Positions 53,694 to 64,000 of a stretch of DNA of 64,000 nucleotides are shown one piece after another (the stretch's first letter is position 1; each line of letters opens with the position of its first letter). The notes beneath the pieces were generated by a model. The model worked only from the letters and a program-made list of their open reading frames with translations. It was not told where the DNA came from and did not search any database. A program made the position numbers and the translations under genes. The DNA comes from Trichinella spiralis (lineage: Eukaryota): assembly GCF_000181795.1 (NCBI RefSeq), contig NW_003526943.1, positions 10,660,789 through 10,724,788 of the forward strand, in the 5' to 3' direction.

Positions 53694-55780
53694 CAAATTT
53701 TCAAAGCAACTAATTATAATATGCTGAAATAAATCTAAATTAATTATAGATTTTAAATATAAATAAACAAAATGTTATGAAAGTTATGATGCGCCAGTTT
53801 CAATTAACAAAAACTAATCCAACATGAACAAATCTGCTTTATGTACAGTATGTTTAAATTGCAGGTTCGAAGATAATATCGCGTTAATTCAATAATCAAA
53901 TTATTTCCATTTTCTTTTTCAAATATTACTTCTTTGGCTGCAATTTAAAAGTAAACTGGTTTAAAAATCACTGTCCACAGTTTTCATCAAGTGTAAAAAG
54001 TAAACTTAATTGTACGTCGAGCAGCAACGTTACAAATTAAAACATAGCTGCTTACGTATCCAGAAAATTATATTCTTGCTTTAAAACAAACTGCATAAAA
54101 TGAAGAAAATAATGCCATTAATTTAAAGTGAATACCCGCACAGTATATATCAGAACAAGCAAGTGTAAATGTATCCTACTGTATTTTTACAATATATCTA
54201 ATTTGTAGATTAATTGTGTTCTGTGTGAATTTTTTCCGAATCCTCTTTTATCCATTGGACTACAAGAGAATAGTACAGAAAAACCCATTCGCAGATTGTC
54301 GACGTTTACATAAACTGACATCTCTACTCAGATGTAGCAAATATAAACTACGTTGGCTGTGTGCGAAATGGAGCTGTGTTCTATGCAGTACACTGCCTTT
54401 TGGTATCAGAAATGTAAATCATGGAACCAAAGTAACTGGTTGAAGTTTATGAGTTCGGAGAGGTTCGGACAAACAAGTGCGGCATCATGCAGGTACAACA
54501 AAGTTGCCTGATCTTCAAAATATTTAATTGACAATAATTAGAACTCAAATGTAATGAGGTGAATAAATTACCAAAGTAGTTCGATGAAGAGGCTGATGTT
54601 CTAATTGTGGTATCCTATTGTTAGGATGTTGTGATATTCCACGTTTAACAGATAAAAAAGGGTTCCATTAATAAATCAAATCAAAGAAACCGACTTCTTT
54701 ATAATTTAAAACTTTTCTGTAACCTGAACAGATTCTACAACATATAAAGCGAATGTTACTAGCACTCGTTTGAAAATATTTAATATATTGGAAATGATCT
54801 GATTAACATAAACTGATAAACTAGTATTAATACATTAAACTGTTTGACAATAAACTGTATATATGGCTAGCATAACTTGTGACTTTATTGTCTCACAAAA
54901 CCCATAAAATTACATTATGCTGTTTCTAAAATCTTTGAAGAATATCTGCATTAGGATGGCTAAAAGTGTGAATGTTGGAAAAGAGAAAAATTTAAGGAAT
55001 ATTCATTCATTATCGTTCATTATTAATTTGCTTTTATAACAGATATGAACATTTTCATATCTCCAACCTGAAAAAAATAACCACTTTCTATATTCGACGG
55101 ACACATTAATTACGCTAACAGGAGTTTAATAGAAAAGAATATCCTCTGACATGTTGAAATTGCGGAACATGATTACAAGAAAGCAGCGTTAGAAATTCTT
55201 GGAGCTGATTTAGCTTAAAGTAGCTTTTCAAGCTTCGCAACGCATTAGCAGTGTTCCAAAGTATTACAAGAGAAAAATGCAAGCAGGTTTTATGTGGAGT
55301 CATTTTTTTAATAAATTGATTAAACGATTATAAATAATAAAATAAAGGAAATAAACGGAACTTAAATGACAAGCTATCAAAAATTTGGATGTATAGAACA
55401 CGTCATTCAAGTGCAGAAAGTTATATGGAAAGGTAGTTGAATAAAAGCTAGAAAAATGTACTTTTCTCATTTACAATTAAAAAAGTATTAATTTTTGAAG
55501 ATTAAAACATTATTTTGTATTAATAAATATATATGTACAGTAATTATTCAATGAATAATTTTATTACATTTAAGCATGCTATATATATATGACTATATTT
55601 AAAATATATTTATTAAACTGCAATAAACCAAAGTTAAAACTAAAGCTAATAATTGTTTTAAATGTATTTATATTAAAATCTTTTAAATTTCAAAGAAATT
55701 TTAAACTTTAAACAAAATGTAATTGATAAATAAGAGTGCATTGAATTAGTTGTTATAGCAATTGTTTTGTTGCTTCCGGT

Positions 55781-57068
55781 ATGCTTCAAAAGATAATTCG
55801 CAGTGTGCAAGAAAAGCAAGCTCGATGGAAAGGGCTGCAAGAGAAGTTGTTAAGGAATCGCGGCAGTACAACACCTTTGACTGAACAAGAGCTGATGGAT
55901 ATTTTGAATGCCGCCATTCCATTGTTATTGGCTGAACAATCGCTGATAGAATTCAAAGCACCGGTGGTAATTTGTGGTGATATTCATGGACAATTTGAAG
56001 ATTTACTGCGATTGTACGATTCCGTCGGTTGGCCCCCAGAAAAACGTTATTTATTTCTGGGTATTTATTTAGCTCATTCAGCTTATTTTTATTTTTTTGA
56101 AAATCTTTTCTGCCGATATTAGGTGACTATGTGGATCGTGGACCGCAAAGTGTGGAGGTTATGAGCTTGCAAATATTGTTGAAGCTGCAATATCCGAACG
56201 ATTATTTTCTGTTGCGTGGAAATCACGAACATGCGGTAATTAATCAGAGTTATGGATTTTACGACGAATGCACGTCACGTTACAGCGTGAATCTTTGGAA
56301 GCGCTTTCAGGTAATAAAAAAAATTTGCATATTAACATGATAAAAATGATAATTTACAAACACACATACATACATACATATATAACAATTTTAGAATCTT
56401 TTTGTTTGTATGCCTTTGTCTGCATTGGTCTCAAAAAAAATATTTTGCATGCACGGTGGAATTTCATCAGAATTGAAAAATTTTGACCAGATTCGCGGCA
56501 TTCAACGTCCGACTTCTGTATCACCAAGTGGAATTTTATGTGATCTGCTTTGGTCAGATCCAGATGAAAATACGAGTGGTTGGAAATTAATCTCCTTTTT
56601 ACTTAATCATTTATTCATTATTTCTAAATCAAATTCTAATCATTGAATCGTTTGTTTACAGGCTACAAGAAAAGTCCTAGAGGGATAGGATGTGTTTTTG
56701 GAGAAAATGTCACAATAGAATTCTGCGATAACATGGGCATCGATCTCATCGTTCGTGCTCATCAAGTAATTTTTAAATTTTAAAAATTATTTCAAGCATC
56801 TTTTTAAATACACTATTTCAGGTTTTCGACCAGGGATATCAGTTCTTTGCCAATCGTCGCTGCGTTACTATATTCAGCGCTCCAAATTATTGCAACCTCT
56901 TCAATAATGCAGCAGCTGCACTGATTATTGATAAAAATTTGAACTGTAAAATAGTAGTAAGCTGTTGTTTCGCTTATGAAAACAGAAAAATTTCATTTCG
57001 GTACAATTGTTCATGTTTTTTCTCTTCTTTTTTAGCAAATTATGCCACGTAACAAAAAGAAGAAATAA
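55781..57068 (+). CDS. Ser/Thr protein phosphatase, PP1-like catalytic subunit; 6 exons (55781-56060, 56123-56310, 56395-56578, 56662-56765, 56822-56956, 57036-57068)
   Basis: [49 protein letters not shown]. All junctions are GT-AG and frame-compatible. Ends [14 protein letters not shown]. Confidence 0.95.
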
Positions 57069-57944
57069 GAAGAAAATTATTATCCATTATTTTAACAATA
57101 TAACTATTATATTTTTGCTTGTTTTCACTATAATTAATAATGTGCAATTTGTAATGAATTTTCTGCGATAAATAAAATATTTAAATTTTGATTGACTTCT
57201 TCAGTGATGAAAAAATAAATCACTTCTTATAAAAAAACAAATACGTGGTCAAAATACGAATTAAAAAAATGTAATATGACAGTATTAAAAATTAAATTTA
57301 ATGATGATTATTTTCATTTTTAAAAAAATCACATTTAGATAATACAAAAAAAATTCAAATGGTTCATTGTAATTTCAGAGTTCCTTCCTGTAAAGCATTA
57401 AATACCTGCGCATATTTTTTTAATTGGCATTATCATTCAATTCAAGCCATTTCATGCAGATTAATAAAATATTTCAAATCGACAAAAACCAATCAATATT
57501 TTGCAATTCATTTTATATATTTGTAAAAAAATTATTAAAAAAAACTTTCAAGATTATGTACTTGATTTTGTTTTACAGTAAAATGAAATTCACTGTGTGA
57601 AAAGATTTGCGTAACTTTCAAAAAAGTTCAGCTTCCAGTTTTAAATTTCTTTTATAATTTTCATTGCCTGTCCTTACCAAGTAAGTCAATTCTGAGGTTA
57701 TTTTTGATATAATATTTTGAAATACTTAACGAATAAGTGAACTGACTGTTCGAAATAAAAAGGTCGATTTTGAATTTGTTGTTAATTAAATAAAATAACG
57801 CTCATTTAAATTATTATTCCAAATTTCGATGTTGAATTTGTTAAAAAAAGTTATATTTATGTTTTTTAAATTATGTGACAGTTGTTCGTATGCTATTAAG
57901 ATATTTGTCTTTCAAGAAAAGAAAATTGCTTTTGATTTCACCAA

Positions 57945-59742
57945 ATGGTTTGCATCATGCATTTGCTTTTGCTTGTAAGCTTTATGGCAGCAAGTCGACT
58001 CGTTATAGCACTGATAACTTCGGGGCAAAGTTGTCCTTCAGAAGTGAAAAATGGCATTGTTGAAGGTTTTCGACTTTCGGCTTATAACACATCTGAACAG
58101 TCATATTGTGTAACGTCTATCAGCAGATCAGAGGTAACCTTTGGAAGGAACGGTGATATTCTTGATATAGTATCTAGTTACTGTGCAAAGAATTTTAAAA
58201 ATGGTTTTCTACCGTCATTTTATCCTTATTTTACGGATTTGTTCCCCTTGTATCAGAAGGAAAATTTTCATGGGAAAGCAAATAAAATTTTAATTGGAGA
58301 ATCAGTGTTAGGAGTAGATTGTGAAAAGGATAAAGAAGAGTGCGAATTATACAAAATAGCAAACGTCAATGGTAACATTTCAGCGTATGCGTGTGAGGAA
58401 TCGATGTTGAAGAAAGTTTCCACTGGTATGTTGTTTGATCAATGTAGCCCACATCAGAAAGACATTCTTCAACATTCTACTTATCCACTGTGCAGATCCG
58501 CTATTCGTATATCTGAAGATAATACAACTTTCAGCGATCTTTTTCCATGCAACAACGGTACTGACTTCTGGGATACCGTTTTGTGCATTCACGATGGCTA
58601 TAATGATTGTATTGTTGATAATGAGAATGAGGAAATTGCAAACGAAGTAGTATCTTGCATTTACAGAGAAACATTCGAAGGTTGTTTTTTGTATAAAAAA
58701 AGAATTCTTCAACACGCCGAACTTCCATACGGCAGAGAATGCATTCCTGAGTTCTTCACATTTCCATGCCCATGCCCATGCGATGATTCAGCTTGGCAAC
58801 AATGGTCGCCATGGAATGCTCAGTGCGGTTTTGTACAAAGCATACGATACAGAGTTCCAAATTTCAACAAACACATTGACTGCACATGGAATAAACTTCA
58901 CTGCTGTCGAGAAATTCGAGAATCATATCTGCTTGGTGAGTGTAATTCACCATTGCTTTATGCAAAACAAATTGCCGAAAATAAAAAAATGTGCAAAAAT
59001 AACGGCTCCGTTGTACATTACACGAACGGCCGAACTGAATGTTTCTGCTTATCTGGATATTACGGTGACTTTTGTGAAAATTGTAAGAACAATTTGTAAG
59101 AATGTAAGAAATTTTCATGTTAAACATTTTTTTCCTCAACGCACATATTATTATATAGATAAATGTGACAGTAAAGACTGCGGAACCAATGGAAAATGCA
59201 TCATTGTAGATGGCGAGGATATTTGCTTGTGTGACGATGGAAATATTAGACGGAACTGCAGCTCTCATCCAAGTAAATCACAACATTTTGATTTTTTTTC
59301 TTTTTAATTTTAACATTTTAGTGGAGCATTTTGAAAATTCAAGTCACTCTGACGTGCCTATGATTTTAATTTTTACTTTGCTGCTGTTTCTAATCATCAT
59401 TGCTGCTTATAACTTCAAACTGAGGCAGTATGTACAAAATGTATGTATTTTTCATTTTAATGTTATTATTTTATTGAGAGATTAATTTCAATTGAATATT
59501 AACAAAATTAAAAATTACATTTAGCAATTAATTCAATATCAATTAATATTTGAATGGATTTTTGAAAATCTTTTAAAAAAATCAGATCCTATTTCTTTCT
59601 TGCCTAATCTCCAACCTATTTACCCATTTTACTTTTAATGCTTATTGAAGTTATCATGTTTCAGAGAAATCGTCAAAAAGTCAAGAAGATCGCAAAAAAA
59701 TTGTTGCAGAGTCAGAATTCAGAGAGTTCCAAGAGTGATTAA
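57945..59742 (+). CDS. Single-pass Cys-rich membrane protein with signal peptide, TSP1-like and two EGF-like modules; exons 57945-59082, 59159-59272, 59322-59440, 59665-59742
   Basis: Hydrophobic N-terminus, WQQWSPWNAQCG..IRYR (TSP1-like), CKNNGS...CFCLSGYYGDFCE and CGTNGKC...CLCDDGNIRRNC (EGF-like), TM ILIFTLLLFLIIIAAY and a short basic cytoplasmic tail. Splice phases are consistent. Confidence 0.85.
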
Positions 59743-60333
59743 ATTAGCCGAATGTTCACTGTTTTTAAATAAGAACAAATTTTAAAAATCACAAAAAACA
59801 ATGGTTATCGTACATGTGCATAGTTTATAATATAATGCAGTAAATATTAATAAACACTGATAAAATAATAAAGAATATGCAGTTACGCATATATGCATTT
59901 AGCACAGGCTGCTCGCTTTGTACAAACAATAACCGAAAGCTAAAAAAATACCTGAAGCAGCTAAGCATTCTTTTTATAAAGCACCTCCGAATCTGTTTAT
60001 GCAACAAGTATGCAATGTATAACATCTTCGATTAGAAATAAAATTGTAAATGCTACTTGGGCATAACAATTTTCATTTAAAAATTGCACAAACATAATTA
60101 ATTTACAAAATACAGATCAGTGAAGTTTAAATGAGATTACTACGCCGACAACACTATCAACCAAATAACGTTTTTTCAAACAAATTAAAAAAAATTTATT
60201 AATATTTTCCAACAACTGATTGGATAATAGTGTTAATACTTTTAAAATAATGCAGTGTTATTTTTCAAGCAATGAATTAACTTTTTTAATGAAAGTGTCT
60301 TGAACTTTAATTGGCTCTAACTCTTCTTCTATT

Positions 60334-61456
60334 TTAACTTTTACAATTTTGGGTTTCCGTTTCCTTAAAATGGATGCAATTTAAATACTTGAGAAAAAAA
60401 AATCTTTTTTAAATGTTACCTATTTTCGTTCTTCACTTCTGCTTTACTTGAACCTGGCTTGTCGGATACGTTTGCAAACCGAAATTGCGGAAGACCTAAA
60501 TGAAAGATAATAAATAAATAAATAAATGTTGATAATTTTAATAAAATTCGTTTGCAATTATTTGCAAAACTGTGGCTATTATTGTATGCCCTTACTTAAC
60601 GTTTTTTCAATACGAGAAGGATTTTTACGCTGCTCTAATAAAAATTTCCTCTTCAGATCGTTTCGACTGCGATTTGAAAAAAATTCTTGCATTAAGGCGA
60701 AGTCCGTTCCAACTATGCTGAGTGCGTAATAAAAATTTTCCGTTTCTAAATTATTTACTTCTAAATTTAAATTTACTTTATGTAAAAATCTTTTACCATA
60801 TTCTTTCCAGACATTTGAAAAAGATTTTGTCGAGAAACTGCGCGAATTCAACGGACGATCATCACGACAGAAGAAATTTTTAGCATCTGCTTGAATGGGT
60901 GGTAGTTTGACAACTAAAGAAGCTTCATCAATTACAGTGTTGCCATGTTCATCAATTTTAATTCTTGGTGCAGTTGTAGCGTGTGACTGAACACCATTAT
61001 CTACTCTAAACATACAAAACATATCACAGCGATAATAAAATTACTAAATGAAAAAAAAACACACTGATTTCCTGAAGGTGACTCTTCATCAACCGATATG
61101 CTACAATTGATTTTTCGAAACAATCAATAATATAGAAGAAATAAAAGATTAACATTACAAACCATGTAACCGTTTCATCGTCTTCAAAATCTAACGATGG
61201 AGCATTGGGATTATAAAAAGCTAGATCACGCATCAATAAATCTGATCGCTTCACGTCCGTTACACGTCTCATTTTCTGACGCCACTCATGTCGTTTCTAA
61301 TAAATTGACTAATTTTTATTGTTCCAAAATATCCAAAACAAACAAAATACCAAAATAACGCACCTTATTTAAAAGCTCTTGGTCAAATTCCAAGCATCTG
61401 TTACGATAAGTAACACTTTTTAGCGAAACTGTTTGAACCTTAATATTTGACTGCAT
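60334..61456 (-). CDS. BDP1: TFIIIB B'' subunit (BDP1)-like SANT/Myb protein, compact, about 7 exons; last exon frame uncertain
   Basis: LLMRDLAFYNPN, APRIKIDEHGNTVIDEASLVV, NSRSFS...WKEY|ETENFYYALSIVGTDFALMQEFFSNRSRNDLKRKFLLEQRKNPSRIEKTL match the BDP1 conserved blocks. Confidence 0.85.
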
Positions 61457-62638
61457 ATCTAAATGCACAAATGCAAAAAACCAAATAATGACAGCACAAC
61501 AGATCAACTAAAATAAAAATTAGGTACAACTGTATTTTACTGTATTTTCCAACGTCATTCCAAAATTTGAAATAAAATTTAATAATATGAATAAAACAAA
61601 AAAAACTAATTTACATTTAAATAAATATTATGAAATAAAAGTTATACTTAATCACACAGTCTTATTTTTGTCTTATTGAAGGCTAACTCAAATTTCAAAT
61701 AACTAAAATTGCTTAATCATAGCAACTGATTTCGAGAGATAAAATCTTTTTAAAAAATAAAAGATTTTATTATTTTTACTAAAAATAAACTACTTTTTGT
61801 AGATTGCTATTTGCATATTTCAGTTAGACCCATAATAATATTTAAATTTCAATAGTTATATTTCTTTACGTATTTAATATTTTTTAATACAATTAAAATA
61901 ATTCCATTTGAGTAGTCAAGAAGGAAAAGCGTCATTATACATAAGCAGTGCGCAGAATACATGCGAGCAGTAAAATAAAAGTAGATAATTGTTAAAAAAA
62001 TTTTGACTAACTTTAAATATTATTTCTTTCATATAGGTTTTCTGAATGATGAATTTCTATTAAAATTATATTTCCTTTTATAATGCAATGAACATCTTTT
62101 ATTATTTTCTTACTGTAATTGCTGTTTCTTACTGTTGGACTATTGCTTCTGTTTCTTTCTGTTAAATCTGCTTTAGTTGGGTAAGTTTTTAGTTATTGTT
62201 ACGGTAGTATAAATACTTGCAGAAAACTTTATTTAATTCTTACTTTGTGTTTATGACGGAATGCAGTTCTGAATTGATCTTACTACACACAAAGTTAAAA
62301 ATTATATTTGAAAAAAATACATAAAATTGTTTTTTTGTGAATATGGTAAATTATCCTAATTCAGTAAAATTATCGCATTTGTTTCTTTAATAATGTGTTT
62401 TATTTATCAGTTGCAATCAGTATGGAATTTTTTTTATTAGTATTTATTTTCATACTTTCTTTCTACATTTATGGGCAATGCATGATTTTTTATTTATTGA
62501 AATAGAGAGTATTTTTTAGGTAAAATGAGCAAAATCAAAAATTTATATAGATTTTCACCTTATTTTTAGACGTTTTATTTTTTAAATAAAGATTAATTTT
62601 ATCATAACCTTATTTTATAGTATTTGAAAAGTTTTAGA

Positions 62639-63436
62639 ATGAGTTCCAAAAATTTGTTGCAAGAGGATTTCTCGGATTCTGAAGATGATCAGGAGTATGT
62701 TCCTTCTGAATGTTCCGAAAATACCTTGGAAGATGAATCTACAGACGCAGAAGAAACTGAAGACGTAGGGGCATATTCGTTAGAAAGTTCTAGTAAGGCT
62801 AAATCATTGTTAGATGAATGGAAGAATGAATTTATTGAGAAATTATCTTCAAATTCACGGTAGGTGGGTTTATTTTTAATTTTTGAAGTTTCTAATGATC
62901 GTTTATATTAAGCGATAGCGGACTAAATATTAGTGGAACAGGTGATTGTGCTGGAAATGCGGTTCATTCTGAAAGCAGCCCAAATGGTACGTTAATGAAT
63001 TAATTATTGGTATATATAAAAGATTGTTTCAGACAAAGAAAAAGCAAAAGAAACAAATTTCTCTTCTGAACCAGAGTCACTGAATGCAAAAGGAAACATT
63101 GTGGAGAAATGTGAGAGACAAGACGATTCCAAATGCGTAAATCAAAAGCGACATCTGTCTTCAGAAAAAGATGCAGGTAGTTTGGAAATAAACTGTTTAC
63201 CTGGTGGCGTTGATGAAGTTTTGGGTATTTTGGGCAAAAAGAAGAAAATGAATAGTTTGGATGCATCTCGAATGCTTTGGAATACGTTCAAAGAGGAAAA
63301 CAGCCTTGAAGAAGATCTTTCCCAGCATAACAAGGGACGCGATAACTATTTGGATAAGCAAGAGTTTTTATATCGAAGCGATTTGAAGCAATTTGAAATT
63401 GAAAAAAAATTGCGCCAAATGCCACGTCCGAGTTGA
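62639..63436 (+). CDS. CFDP1: Craniofacial development protein 1 / BCNT / Swc5 homolog, 3 exons
   Basis: Acidic N-terminus DSEDDQEYVPSE. BCNT C-terminal domain KKKKMNSLDASRMLWNTFKEENSLEEDLSQHNKGRDNYLDKQEFLYRSDLKQFEIEKKLR. Confidence 0.92.
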
Positions 63437-64000
63437 TTTGCCTGATTCAGTGTGATGATATGTTATGAAGTATTCTTTCCCCTATGCGGAGCTATGTATT
63501 GCAATTTATTTTTGAATTGTAAAATGTTTTTCTTGTTTAATTTTTAAGTTCAGACGGAAATAAAATAAACATGAAAATATGGGATGAAGTGTATTAAGCA
63601 ATGAATATGTTTTGTCTGTTTTTGGGTTGTTTCATGTTTAGAATTTTGTTTTATTAAGTTCATTGTTAATATTTGTTTTTTTCGTTTAATTGCAGAATGT
63701 AATAAAGAATAAATTGCCAAATAACAGTTTTTGCGCTACTGTTTTTATTTGAACCTACTTTTATAAATAGTTACTGTAGATTTTTACAGATTAGGTTTTT
63801 GATCAAGTGTGGATTCATTTGGAGAAATGAAAAAAAAAGAGTCGATTTTTGAGTATTTGAAGATAATATTGTAATTATAAATAAAATATTCATGATTTTA
63901 AATTTTAACTAGTATATTATTTATAATTCATAGCGCTTGCATGTTTTGACTGATTATTTCGAATGTTATAAATTGATTCGTTTATAGATAATTTTTATAG

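Noticed and set aside
54190..54650. Mildly GC-elevated segment with a Cys/Trp-rich 75-aa ORF
   Set aside because: All frames are short and unrecognisable, so it cannot be called a gene or element.
10478..63436. U12-type (minor) introns
   Set aside because: None of the traced donors shows the RTATCCTT consensus; all appear to be U2-type GT-AG.

Overview
This is AT-rich eukaryotic genomic DNA with short (mostly about 45-90 nt) GT-AG introns. Gene content and intron style suggest a nematode, possibly a clade I Trichinella-like species (inference only). In order, the window holds: a partial intronless PP1-family phosphatase running into an N-gap, an intronless MSP-domain tail-anchored protein, an ASPM-like gene, a divergent tRNA-Lys(TTT) with a 617-bp hAT deletion derivative 35 bp upstream, an intronless GC-rich CPSF4, a Dexras1/Rhes (RASD) GTPase, an SLC16/MCT transporter, LanCL, a second six-exon PP1-family phosphatase, a TSP1/EGF single-pass membrane protein, a very compact BDP1 and CFDP1/BCNT. 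The RASD gene appears to have two small phase-compatible upstream exons that explain much of the roughly 20-kb apparent gene desert. No prokaryote-type system (CRISPR, lanthipeptide cluster) is present, and I cannot support a wholly new biological system. The best leads are the hidden RASD exons, the tRNA-proximal hAT insertion, the PP1 retrocopy-like/intron-containing pair, a chained ATGA uORF arrangement upstream of the MCT gene, and the minimal BDP1. Exon boundaries were read by eye and need RNA-seq confirmation.
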